A DNA stretch of 63,267 nucleotides, counting the filler, from Octopus bimaculoides (taxonomy: Eukaryota), in NCBI RefSeq assembly GCF_001194135.2. It is 6 parts of 6 records of this genome, joined end to end, with 100 filler letters (N's around TTAATTAATTAA, not from the genome) between each part and the next. Parts side by side here need not be neighbours in the genome. Positions count along the whole stretch, not along the records: positions 43,167 to 56,642 come from NC_068981.1; positions 56,743 to 61,118 come from NC_068983.1; positions 61,219 to 63,267 come from NC_068986.1; 3 more parts are not named here. One strand, given 5' to 3'. Positions within the stretch are counted from its first letter, which is position 1, and each line of letters starts with the position of its first letter. Under the pieces are notes generated by a model. That model made no database searches. It had not been told where the DNA came from and saw only the letters and a list, made by a program, of their open reading frames with translations. Positions 49,790 through 62,369 of the stretch are shown piece after piece. The translations under genes and the position numbers were made by a program.

Positions 49790-51054
49790 GTAAGTCTCCT
49801 TACTAGTTATGTTTAATAGAACTTATTTACCTCAGTTTTAATATCACCTCATTCGAAGTTATCACTTTGCGCAAGAATACAGCAGTCCCAATGTTCTTGC
49901 GTCTTTTGGAATCCGTCTTGGTAGTTGTTTTCCGTAAGCGAGTCGAATACCTTCTGCGATTCACTTTGGATCTCTACAACAGTATTAAAATGGTGACTTT
50001 TGAGCTAACTTTTCAGCTTGGTGAAGAGATGGACGTCGGTAGGTGCTACATCTGATGAAAAGGGCGGGGGTGGAGATGATACCATGTTGTTTTTGAGGAG
50101 AGCTCGGTGACAGGGTGCATTGTCGTCGTGAAGAGTCCAATTCTTCGCGCTCAACAGATCCAATCACTTTCGCCGAATGTTCTCCCTCAAAACGTTGCAG
50201 TAGAACTTGGAGGATAAATTCTTGATGCACGATACCGTGGATATCGAAAAATACGATGAGCATGCTATTGATTGAGCGCAGGGTCTGTCATGCCTTCTGC
50301 GGTCGTAGAGATGAAGGGCTTTTCCATTGTGACGACTGCTGCTGCGTCTAAGGATCGAACCCGTAGAACCAACTCTCGTCACCGATTATATGATCCTTGA
50401 CATGAAGGATGGGTCATCAGCAGCACGCTAACGGAGATCTTGACAGACTTCCACGCGATTTTCTTTCTGGTCAGTGTTCAGCAGACGATGAACAAACTTG
50501 GCAGAAACACGCTGCATGTTCAATTCAGACATTAGGATTGCTTGCCCGCCCAGACCTATACGACAGACCAACAACATCAGCAAATGTTGTTAATTGTCCT
50601 CCGACGATGCTCACGCACAAGCTGATGAATTTTCTTCACATTTCCGAGAGCAATGCTTGTAGCGGGTCTTCTAGATCGTTCATCGTATTCCAAGTACATT
50701 CTTCTGCTTTTGAAGCTCCCGTGCCTCTCGAAACATTGCGTGCGACCCATTGCCTCGACACCGTAAGATTGCCGATGCATGCTCAATGTCTCTGCAGCAG
50801 ACTTCCCAAGCTTAACGCAAAATTTCATGTTGGCTCTTTGTTCCAACTTCCTGTTCATGTCAAAAATTGCAGACTACAGTATACAGGTGATCACAAAAGC
50901 ATAAATTTCGCAGCTTCCAAAATGAGCACAGCAATGCCACTCGGCACACTGCTCCGTGAAAGTCACTCTTAGCTCACACTGAGCATGCATCCACGTGCTG
51001 CTATCTGTTGGTGCGCTACAGCACTCGTCCGGGAAAGCTTTGATACCACCTCAT
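49790..51054 (-). mobile_element. Decayed mariner transposon (irritans-like N-terminus)
   Basis: MNRKLEQRANMKFCVKLGKSAAETL..ERSRRP (50858 down), LIVFFDIHGIVHQEF, DDNAPCH-like motif; frameshifted; TIR-like end at 51030-51054. Left boundary approximate. Confidence 0.85.
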
Positions 51055-51506
51055 TAGACGGGAAAAGGTTGCTAGCAGGCGGCTACGGGAATAATACATG
51101 TAAACTTTAGACACCGGATGAGTGCTAAATAACCTCTGTAAGCTACATGGCCCCTGACAACAAATACCGTCAATTTGAATGCTAAGTAATAGCTTTTCGG
51201 AAGCGACATTTTATGTACACACTTTGGAACTTTGGACGTCTCCAAAGTTTGTTCATAAAATTTTGCCCATTCGAAAAGTTATTATTTATCATCAAACTTG
51301 ATAATAATTTTTGTGAGGGACCGTTTAGCTTCGCAGAGGCGTAAAGATTGCATTCCCGTGGACGCCTACTGGCAATTTTTTCCGTCTTATAAGGGCAAAC
51401 ACCCAGTCTTCCTCTGCTGTACTTACAGCTTTAAAGCGTTCGAAATTTACTTACATGTCTGTAAAATACCAAACACAGCGTTTCCAGAGTTTGTTTACAT
51501 GTTGTA

Positions 51507-51546
<40 letters not shown>

Positions 51547-52555
51547 TTATTAGCATGTAGCGATGCTGAGGCATCTCCTAGAAGTGGTTTAGTCGGATGA
51601 ATTGATCCTATTACCTTTTATTTTTTAAGCCTGGTACTTATTCTATCAGTTTCTTTCGCTGAACCACTAGGTCACGAAGACGTAAAGACACCAGCACTGT
51701 TTGTCAAGCGGGGATGAAGGACAAATAGCGACAGAAACAAATTCACGCGCATATACAACACATATATATGTATTTGCGCAGGAGTGGTTGTGCGGTAAGA
51801 AAATTCTTTCCCAACCACGTATTTTTGTAGATTTCGAATGATGTCTACCTGCTGGTTATATACAAATATATATATTTATACGCGCGCAGATATACACAGA
51901 CGTATACATATATCTATCTATAAATATATACATGCATAGATGATAAAAGACACTGGAGCAAAATCTAATGAAAGTTTAACATTGAAAAATCTCAAGGAAC
52001 GCTCTACCTACTGATAAATTAATCGTGAGCACATCCGTGGTTACTCAGAACAGAACTTTCGTTGCAAGTCATAATTTAACGAGTGAGGTGTTTTCCAAAT
52101 GTTCTCAATACTGAGCACTATTTGAAAATGAGAGTGGCGGCGTATGAACGACTTGAAATTTCAAGTAGAGTGTATCTGAAATATGGTGGCACAAGGTAAA
52201 CTATTTTTAGGACAGCGAGTAAGAGATTAAAAGGACCATAGCTTTTTAGTGATGCTTATTTTATCGAATCCAGCTTGATGAGCGGCAAAGTGTGCCGCGG
52301 TGGGGTTCGAATTAAAAACTAAAATTTGCATGGTATTTTGTTTTGTGCATTACCGATTCCAATATCTTTATCTGCGTTTAAGGCGACGAGCTGACAGAAT
52401 CATTTACACACTGGGCAAAACGCTTAGCGATTTTTCGTACGATTTTACACTCTGAGTCGACCGCCGAGGTCGATTTTGCCTTTCATCGTTTTCGAGGGCT
52501 GATGTTATCGACTCATCCATTCGCACGAAAAGGCTGACCTCGTGCTAAAGTTTGA

Positions 52556-52915
52556 GTGGAGGCGCAATGGTCCATTGGTTAGAGCAGCGGATTCGCGGTC
52601 ATAGGATCCCGGTTTCGATTCCCAGACCGGGTGTTGTGAGTGTTTATTGAGCGAAAACACCTAAAGCTCCACGAGGCTCCGGCAGGGGATAGAGCGAACC
52701 CTGCTGTACTCTTCCACCACAACTTTCTCTCACTTACTTCCTGTACTTCAAAGGGTCAGCCTTGTCACACTGTGTCACGCTGAATATCCCCGGGAACTAC
52801 GTTGAGGATACACGTGTTTGTAGAGTGCTCAGTCACTTGCACGTCAATTTCACGAGTAGGCTGTTCCGTTGATCAGGTCAACTGGAACCCTCGACGTCGT
52901 AAGCAATGGAGTGCC
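52556..52915 (+). mobile_element. Full-length tRNA-derived SINE with 9-bp TSD, inserted in the tail of another SINE
   Basis: Head GTGGAGGCGCAATGGTCCATTGGTTAG...GGTTTCGATTCCC; TSD AAAGTTTGA at 52547-52555 and 52916-52924. Confidence 0.85.
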
Positions 52916-55894
52916 AAAGTTTGAAACCGCTATTACTAATTTGCGCACGTCTCACGGTTTACTAATAAATATACTTTCTTACTTAAACTCGTTATTTGTC
53001 CAAATAAATCATTAGTATTTGCAGCATGCTGGAATTCTATTGTTAAAGTTTAATTTGCAAAAGCCTCACGTAACGGAATCATCTTTGTTTCATTGATTTT
53101 TCTTTTGTCTGTAATGATATCTTACGGGAAACTGAACTTTGGAGCGGAATTTAATCAAATCAACGAAAGAAAATCATTTGTAATTCCCTCTGGCTATACA
53201 TATAACAAAAAGACGTCTTGATAAATACTCACCTCTTGCCAGATTAACGCTTCTTTCATGATCATATATCGTGAAAAACATTCTTCCTTTGAAGGCAATA
53301 GTTTAGTGTCCTTCAGCAAAAAACAATAACAACAATGAAAACATTAACAAGACACTAGGTATACATATGAAGTTATCAAATTTACAAACTACTCCCCATC
53401 TATGAGCCAATAATAGAGTTTCTATGTGGTTGCCATATATATTATTTTTAGAAATAGCAGTGGAATCATTCTCAGATCCCCACTTACCAATGGGTTCATA
53501 AAAATAAACACACTGAATAGTGTATTTGAAAAAGAAAATTTCGAACTATGTCAGGAATACCTTTGAAAAAACGTTAGCTCGATCAGATCTCGAGTGGACC
53601 TTAAAAACTCCTCTAATATATATATGCATAGTATTTCTAGCGAAATTAAGAGATGTAGTTGTGTTTTTCTACACTTATATATATATTATATTTTAATACC
53701 TTTTGTATTATTCTTTGTGTACTTTTTAAAATAATTTTTGAAGAATACTTCACGCACGAAATAAAGCTTGGATCAAACAGAAGCTATGGTAAAAGGTACA
53801 TAATCAAGTTGCCACATAATGGGATTGAACCAGGGGTATCATGGTTGCAATACGAATTTCTTAACCCGATATATGCATGTATGCATGTATGTATGTATGT
53901 ATGTATGTATGTATGTATGTATGCTTGCTTGTATGTATACATGCATTCATGTATATAGTACGCAAGTATGTTTATGTACGTTTGGTTATGTATTTATGTA
54001 TTCATATATGCACACATATACATTTTTGTTGTTGTTGGTGGGGGTAGTGTTGTTGATGATGACAACGACGACGACTGTGATGATGATGATGAAGATGATG
54101 ATGATGACGACGACTCCGACAAAGGTGCTCTTGCTGCCGTTATTGCCACAATGTGGTTTTGGGATAAAAAATAAATAAAACAGTGACAGAAAGTAATGGA
54201 AGTGGTCCGAGAGATCTGTAACATTTCTTTTCTGAAGCACCTTTAAAATTAATATAACATAATAATAATAAAAAAGCCCGCTTCTTCCGACACATTATAC
54301 TTTAATAAGAAACCTGCTACTTTATACTAATCTCATTGGTTTGGTATAGAGTCTACATCCTGGTGTAAAACCGGTTTTCGTGGCAATCAAGTCACTTTTT
54401 TTTATATCCCACATTTGCTGCACTTGACACAATAAAAATATTAACTTTTGTTGTGACTGCGTCTTTCAGTTGCAGAACCTTGAGTTTCTTTCGTCGCTCA
54501 ATGTGGATCTGTTTGCAAATGTATTTCATTGTATTTTCTTTTGCCCCCGTTCTCAATCTATTTGTCAGCTATTGTTGTTGCTGTTCTTATTGCTGTTATT
54601 GATGCTTGCAGTCGCATCTGTTTAACCTAAAATAAACCTTGATAAAATATGCATATGATCAAATGTATTTCAACCGTTAACACCCACGTTGTTTTTAATA
54701 TTATATTATCTTTTGTTTAAGACAGTAGGGTGTGTCTGTATCTCATATAACGAGCAATTACATCGAATCTCCTTCCTTTGTGTTTCTCAAGGATGACATA
54801 AACTTCCTTTTCGGTAAGTCGAATACCGTGTACCGGGTTCTCCGTTGACAGATCCCTGATATAAATCAAAATGTTAATAGCTTATAGTATGCAAATCAGC
54901 AACCCCTGTTCTTTAAATCTACTAGATTTGATGCATATATAAACAGATTGGCAATTTATTTCTCTGGGTTTGGTTAAGTAATGAAGACAACTTCGATTAG
55001 ACTCTTGTAAGTTTCAAAGATCGATTAAGGCGGTTAATCATTTTCTTTTCTATTTACAGACAAATACTTAAACTTGCTATGTCTAAATGACTACTACGTA
55101 GGTTTACATTAATTTAGAGATGATAAAATAGTCAATCGATGGAATAAACATTAATATAAGCACGGAGTGGGACCGAAGTAAAGGAATAAATAAGACATAG
55201 TAATTATTAATGAAACATGAGATCAAACGTACATTAAGTATTTCGTAGTATTTCATCGCTAAACATGTCATTCTAAATCATCTCAGGTCACCGAACTATC
55301 TAGAACGGGCATACAGTTTTCTATTAATATCCGAATACAACAGATCACGTACTTGCTGATAGATGTCTATCATCTAATTCAGCAAGAAACTGACAGTTCT
55401 GAGCAGCAGTGATACAATATTCGTTTTGTTCAATGCCCTTGGTAAATAGTATAGCATAAACCACGGAGTGCTGAACTCGATGTATTTTTGACGTTAGATT
55501 TCCCGTTAATTCTGACAAAATTATTAAGGCTATTTCAGTCAGGTTAGGTCAGGTGAGGTGTGTATGGAGGACATGCACTGTTGCAGCGCGTTGCTGATTC
55601 GTGATTTGTTTGATAAATTCCCGGGTCCTCTCGGGCGACCTGTCGAGTGCAATCCCAGTCAGTCCCCATCTACGCAAGATATTTCCTCATCCGCCGTGAT
55701 CATGTAGCATGTGTTCGACAAACACGAGCCATCAACTGAGCCGGATCTTCAGTGAAAAGAGCACAACAAAACAAAGTCTAATTCAGAGAACTGAGCAACA
55801 TGGCCAAACAGTCCGAGCTGGCACGCCCAAATCAGTAACAATCGCTAGCCACTACACATTCTTTATTTTCTCTCCTTGTTTCATACAGTGCTCC

Positions 55895-55928
55895 TTTCTG
55901 TAGAAGAGCGTAGGCTCGAAACGTTAAA
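55895..55928 (+). ncRNA. Hammerhead-like motif with CTGTAGA core variant
   Basis: TTT-CTGTAGA-A-GAGC gtag GCTC-GAAA-CG-T-T-AAA; perfect stem II, ACGT palindromic helix III, but A6>U in the core. Confidence 0.5.
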
Positions 55929-56397
55929 AACTTTTTCACTTCCCTAGCGCTAAACTAATACATGTGTTTGTTGTCTACACTACCTGTCTTCGTCTTTTGC
56001 TTTTTTTGTTTTTTTCTCCCCCTATATGTATACATATATATATATATACTTCCGGTTTCGTAGTGTTAAGACGTGTTTTTCCCTGTCTCTCGAAGCAACC
56101 AACAGGTATCTTTCCATATCGAAGATAAATATTCGCTGAAACCGACACAAAACTCGGTACCTGTTTGTTTAACGACGGTCCTGCATTATAACCGTTGAAA
56201 AAGAAAGTAAATAGTATATATACAACGCACGTTAATGTGAGCGAACCAAAGCGAACGACCATCTTCGAAGAAACCACACACGTGGTGAGAGGTTATACAG
56301 ATAGAAATCTGAGCTAAGTTTTATTCTTTATTTCTAAGTTTTATTAATATTCTGTTCTCTCTCCAAAAACAATTTACGACAAAATAATTTATTTCAC

Positions 56398-56607
56398 TTG
56401 TTTGTTAACATATTGTAATTTGTCTCACAGAATAGTTCTGTTTTTGTTTATTTGCGATAAAATTTACTTACGATAAAATCGTTTCTTCTTAGTTTATTTA
56501 CATACTAAGTTTGTTTGTTAACATACTGTAATTTCTCTCACAGAATAGTTTTTGTTTATTTACGATAAAATTTATTTACGATAAAATCGTTCTTCTTAGT
56601 TTATTTA
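56398..56607. repeat. Imperfect tandem duplication, period about 113 bp
   Basis: TTGTTTGTTAACATA(T/C)TGTAATTT.TCTCACAGAATAGTT... at 56398 and 56511. Confidence 0.85.
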
Positions 56608-56742
56608 AAGTATTAAAAGTTTTCACTCATTTTCCCTTATAGNNNNNNNNNNNNNNNNNNNNNNNNNNNNNNNNNNNNNNNNNNNNTTAATTAATTAANN
56701 NNNNNNNNNNNNNNNNNNNNNNNNNNNNNNNNNNNNNNNNNN

Positions 56743-57319
56743 AAGACCTGTTGAGTCAAGTGAAACCAATATCATAGCTGTGGCCAGTGCCCCCTTACTG
56801 ACTCCTGTGCTGGTGGCATGTAAAAAGCACCATCCAAATATGATTGATGCCACGTCTGTCTGACTGGCTCCCGTGTCAGTGGCATGTAAAAAGCACCGTA
56901 CGAACATGGCCGATGCCAGTACCCACTGATTGGCTTCCATGCCAGTGGCACGTAAAATGTACTATCCAGACGTGATCAATGCCGTGATCAATGCCCCCGT
57001 GTTGGAGGCATCTAAAATGCACCATCTGAACATGGCTGATGCCAGTACCCACTGACTGGCCCCCGTGCCAGTGGCACACAGAAATCACTATCTGAATGTT
57101 ATCAATGTCAAACCTGCTTGACTGTCTCCTGTGCTGGCACATAAAAAGCACCCACTAAATGCTTGGAGTAGTTGGCGTTAGGAAGGGCATCTAGCTGTAG
57201 AAACATTGCTAGATCAGATTGGAGCTTGGTGCGAAAGCTGGCTCACCAGAAATCGATCAAACTGTTCAACCCATGCCAGCATAATAAACGGACATTAAAC
57301 GATGATGATGATGATGATG
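56743..57319 (+). mobile_element. Long member of the (GAT)n-tail SINE family with six 66-bp internal units
   Basis: Units start at 56783, 56849, 56915, 56981, 57041 and 57107, followed by the shared core and GAT tail. Confidence 0.8.
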
Positions 57320-58228
57320 AGGTTGAATAAAAAGTAAGGAATGTTTTGAAACATGAAATTCATCACAATATATTTCAACAATGCAGAAATTTTATTCCTC
57401 AAAGCAAGTACCACTACAATCAACACATTTTTGCCAATGAGTAACAAGTTTGTTTACTCTGGTAACCTAAAGATCTGAAGTTCTGGAGCTGATGAACTCT
57501 TTGAAAGCCCTTTCAGCTTCACTTGCAGGAAACCATTTAGGTGCTTGAAAAAGTGGTAAGTGGTAGGCAAAGGTCTGGAGAATAAGCTGGGTGGGGGAAG
57601 AACTTCGTAGCCAAGTTCCTTTAACTTCTGGAGCATCATTAGTGAAATGTGTGGTCGAGTATTGTCATGAAGAATGATTGGCCCTCTTCTGTTGACCAGT
57701 TGGGGAAGGAGGAGTAGCAGTTTTTCATTCATTTGGCAATTTCATGGCAATATGTTTCTGCAGTAATGGTTTTTCCGGGTTTTAAGAAGTTATAGTCCAG
57801 CAGTACACCACCAAACAATCACCATAACCTTCTTTTTAAAGAGCTTAAGTTTAGGGAAGATTTCTGGTGCTTCATTTTGGCCCAACCAAAGTAGAGAAGA
57901 TCTTTTATTATTGTACAGAATCTTTTCACTGCAAGTTACAATACAGCCAAGAAATAGATTGGTCTGGTTACGGAGAAGAAGTGACAAGCAAATTTCATGT
58001 CTGTGCATTTTCTGATTTTCATTCGATGTGTGTGGTACATATTTGTTGAGCTTTTTTGATTTTCCAATCACATACAAATGGTTGCAGGCAGTTCACTGGC
58101 TAGCTTGAAGTTCTTTTGCTAGTTCTTGAGTGGTTTTACTTGGACCTTTTTCTATGACGGTCTTTAATTGACCGTCATTGATGTTAGATGGGTGTCCACA
58201 ATGTTCATGAACTTCAAGGCCTCCACTG

Positions 58229-58230
<2 letters not shown>
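57320..58230 (-). mobile_element. Decayed, 5'-interrupted mariner transposon
   Basis: TTQELAKEL, VPH, KKVMVIVWW, ILHDNTRPH, HFFKHL remnants; TIR-like AGGTTGAATAAAAAGTAAGG at 57320. Confidence 0.85.
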
Positions 58231-58270
<40 letters not shown>

Positions 58271-58349
58271 GGCCTCCACTTAGAATATATATATATATAT
58301 ATACTAGACTTACAAAGAATAAGTCTTGGGGTTGATTTGCTTGACACAT

Positions 58350-58998
58350 AAAAATTAACATACCTTATAATCTGGCGAAAAGAATTTGTACCATAGTTTC
58401 GGACACCTATACTTGTGAACGAAGAGTCATTGAACTCAGATCAATACTAATCAAAAGACATTACCCAATATCATTAATAAATGATGGAATTAAATGAGCT
58501 AAGGGAAATAGAAATACGAACATTAAGGGAAGTCAACCGAAATACTAAACCAGACTTAAAAATACTCCCATACATCTCCACACATAACCCTAGAAACAAC
58601 GAAGCCTTTAACATTATCATCCAAAATCTACCCATTTTCACAAGAGATAAAACAATTTTAGACTCACACAAACTTATCAAAAGTAAAATGCAACCTAAAT
58701 CATTGAAAAAAATATTAACCAGAGCAAGACTATATCCATTAACAACAGAACCAAAAGTGAAAAAATGTGGTCGACCTAGCTGTGGTACTTGCCTCCACCT
58801 TTTGGAGGGTTCAGAGTTCCACTTTAAACAAGGTGAAATATTTAAGATTAAATCAAATTTCACCTGTGCCTCGGAAAATCTAATCTATGCCATTACATGC
58901 TTAGGGTCTGGTAATAATTATATTGGCCAAACAAGAATATCACTCCTTAGAAGAACCACTCTCCACAAAGAACAAATCTGTCACCAATCAACAGTCTA
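58350..58998 (+). mobile_element. Penelope-like fragment (thumb + GIY-YIG), related to the 40-kb element
   Basis: NIPYNLAKRICTIVSD, LPYISTHNP, CGRPSCGTC, NLIYAITC...NYIGQT...RRTTLH (ORF 58481-58999). Confidence 0.85.
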
Positions 58999-59635
58999 GA
59001 CTAGACTGTTGATTGGCAGCCCAGTTAAGATGGTATTTTCTTCTTCTCCTACTCTTGTTTTTGCACACATCTACAAAATTACTTTCTAAAATGAAATTCC
59101 ATTATGCAGCTGAGGAGTACATTTTCATTGTATTTTCTGTGGTGTTCTCACTACATAAATAAATGAAGTTTGTACGAAACGTACATACTGCTATAACCTA
59201 TTGAATTTTTGTTGCTTTTCTTCAAATTTTATTCACCAAATCTCTTGATTTTGTTTTTGGTTTTTACTCTACCAAATTCTGGTGCCTCAAACATTTTAAG
59301 TACCACATTTAATCTTTTAATTAAATCTNNNNNNNNNNNNNNNNNNNNNNNNNNNNNNNNNNNNNNNNNNNNNNNNNNNNNNNNNNNNNNNNNNNNNNNN
59401 NNNNNNNNNNNNNNNNNNNNNNNNNNNNNNNNNNNNNNNNNNNNNNNNNNNNNNNNNNNNNNNNNNNNNNNNNNNNNNNNNNNNNNNNNNNNNNNNNNNN
59501 NNNNNNNNNNNNNNNNNNNNNNNNNNNNNNNNNNNNNNNNNNNNNNNNNNNNNNNNNNNNNNNNNNNNNNNNNNNNNNNNNNNNNNNNNNNNNNNNNNNN
59601 NNNNNNNNNNNNNNNNNNNNNNNNNNNNNNNNNNN

Positions 59636-60667
59636 CGTGACATTTGTGCTGTGTATGGAAAGAGTGCTGAAAGAACCGCTCATGTTTGGTATGCCAAGTT
59701 CAAAAATGGAAATTTTGACCTCAAAGACGCACCTCGTTCTGGCCGTCCAGTTGAGTTCAATGAAGAGCGATTAAACCAACTTTTGCACGAAAATTCTCGT
59801 CAGACGATAAGAGAATAGGCAGAGAAAATGAAGTGCTCCCACACTGCTATAGACAAGCATCTTCACTCGATGGGAAAGGTTCAGAAGTATGGAGCATGGG
59901 TTCCGCATGCTTTAAATGACAACAACAAAAATCAATGAGCCACAATCTCTGATAGCTTGCTTGCTTGTCACCACTCAACTCATGGACACAAGCAATGATT
60001 TCTATACCGAATTGTTACTGGCGACGCAAAATGGTGCCTGTATATCAATATGAAGCAGTGTAATGAATGGCTTAGCCTTGGTAAACAAGCGACACCGTGT
60101 GTGAAATAAGATCTTCATCCACGTAAAATGATGCTGTGCATACGCTGGGATTGGGAAGGGATTATCAATTACGAATTGCTTGAACGGAACCAAACGGTTG
60201 ACGCGGATCTCTATGTTCAACAGATGGAATGACTCAACATGGCTATTCAAGAGAAAAGACCAAATCGGCAGCATGGAGTTCTTCTGCTGCACGACAATGC
60301 CCGCCCTCATATCGCCAATATGACCAAGGAAGCCATTCAAAGCATGGCTGGGAAGTGCTGTCATACCCGCCGTACTCTCCTGATTTGGCACCAATGGATT
60401 TCCACCTCTTCCGATCTCTTTCAAATGCTATGCGCAGAGTTTCGTTCAATACTTGATACAGAATTGAAAGCTTGGTTGGATCAATATTTCGAGTCAAAAT
60501 CATGTGATTTCTACCAAAGAGGTATTGAAAATCTTGTTGAACTTTGAGAAGAAGTTGTAAACAACAAGGGTGAATACATTATTGATTAATTAGTTGTTAT
60601 TTTTTATTAAAACTTTAAAAAAATTAAAAATAAAAATAAAACAACGGGAACTTAGTTGCCAACCCAA
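59636..60667 (+). mobile_element. Decayed mariner transposon (D,D34D), 5' end lost in gap
   Basis: WYAKFKNGNFDLKDAPRSGRP, WVPHAL, IVTGDAKW, LHDNARPH...PPYSPDLAPMDFHLFRSL (34 residues between the Ds); TIR GGAACTTAGTTGCCAACCCAA-TA; several stops and frameshifts. Confidence 0.92.
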
Positions 60668-60864
60668 TATATATATAGGTGCAGGTGTGGGTATATGCTA
60701 AGAAGCTTACTTCCCAACCACATGGTTCCGGGTTCAGTCCCACTACATGGCACCTTGAGCAAGTGTCTTCTTATAAGCGGTGGGATGACCAAAGCCACGT
60801 GAGTGGATTTGGTTGACGGAAACAGAAAGATGTCTGTCCTTTCTCTCTCTCTCTCTCTCTCTCA

Positions 60865-60900
<36 letters not shown>

Positions 60901-61118
60901 CATCATCATCATCATCATCGTTTAATGTCCGCTTTCCATGCTAGCATGGGTTGGACGATTTGACTGAGGACTGGTGCAACTGGATGGCTACACCAGGCTC
61001 CAATCTAATTTGGCAGAGTTTCTACAGCTGGATGCCCTTCCTAATGCCAACCACTCAGAGAGTGTAGTGGGTGCTTTTATGTGTCACCCGCACGAAAACG
61101 GCCACGCTCGAAATGGTG
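60901..61118 (-). mobile_element. (GAT)n-tail SINE, cut by a gap
   Basis: High similarity to 3362-3600. Tail-only copies also occur near 1103-1155, 11929-11970 and 15322-15378. Confidence 0.85.
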
Positions 61119-62369
61119 NNNNNNNNNNNNNNNNNNNNNNNNNNNNNNNNNNNNNNNNNNNNTTAATTAATTAANNNNNNNNNNNNNNNNNNNNNNNNNN
61201 NNNNNNNNNNNNNNNNNNATATATATATATATACGACGGGCTTCTTTCAGTTTCTGTCTATGTGTGTCTTTGTGTGTTTGTCTTTCATCACCACCTAACA
61301 ACTGGTGTTACTGTGTTTACATCCCCGTAACTTAGTAGTTGGGGAAAAGTGACCGATAGAATTAGAATTAGGCTTAAAAAATATGTGTTGAGGTCGATTC
61401 CTTCCACTAAAATCACTTCAAGGCCGCAGCCTAATGATCAAAGCAAGCAAACAAATTAAAAATAGATTATGAAATCCCCGACCTCACATATTTCAAATTT
61501 CGCAGTGAAATTTATAACTAGATGTCTTTTTAAACAACAAAGTATGGAATAATGGGTTTATAGTCCTTAGAAGGAAAAAGTGTTGTGTTTGAAATCCGCA
61601 TCTACCGTCAACACGACGGAAGTTTCAAGCAATTTAAAGAGTTATAACAAAGACATCAAAACTACTAAAAGCTTTCTTATCAATAACATCTGCATGTATA
61701 CCTGAGAACAAGTTCCTTATATCCAGTTTCATTTGTAACTGTGACTGTAAAGTTGCAAACTCCAGTACTCCAACTGTTGCATTCTACATATTAATAGGGC
61801 ACTGCCTTAGTCTCAGTATGCATTTACATCAAGAAGCTGTAGTAACGAATTATAGCATACACCACAAAACAGAGTTACATAAAAAAAATACTGGAGGATA
61901 ATATTTGTATACTTCATAAATTTTTCACGAAAATATATTAATCATGGAAGCCTGATATTGTCTGATAATACCAAAATCACCATGCAAGCAAGAAAAGCAT
62001 AAAAAATACATTAATAGTGTGTACTGGCCTGAAAATCTAATGGTCAAGTATTTGGCCATAGCAAAGAAATCAATATGTGATTGCTGACGTATGAGGATAA
62101 AAGTCAAAACATCTTTGGCGGGAAAATCTACATGAATACAACTAGTATAGCAGAAAAAATCAGAAACTAAATATATTCTTGAAAATTAGACTAACAAGAC
62201 CTTGACAATATGCCTTCCTACATGGTCAGACATGACACAGCAGTTTTCATCAGCATTCACCAAGCTTCTCAATGTTTTCCTCTCTGTAGTAATATACCCC
62301 CGTTTTGGAGACGATCTAGAGTGTGTCTTCATCACAAGATACGCAATTCTTATCACAAGATAGACAATT

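Noticed and set aside
52556-52630. tRNA-like sequence
   Set aside because: No closing acceptor stem, and it continues into a SINE body with a TSD; a SINE head, not a tRNA gene.
56783-57160. Regularly spaced repeats superficially like a CRISPR array
   Set aside because: The whole 66-bp unit is homologous (no unique spacers), it lies inside a eukaryotic SINE, and there are no cas genes.
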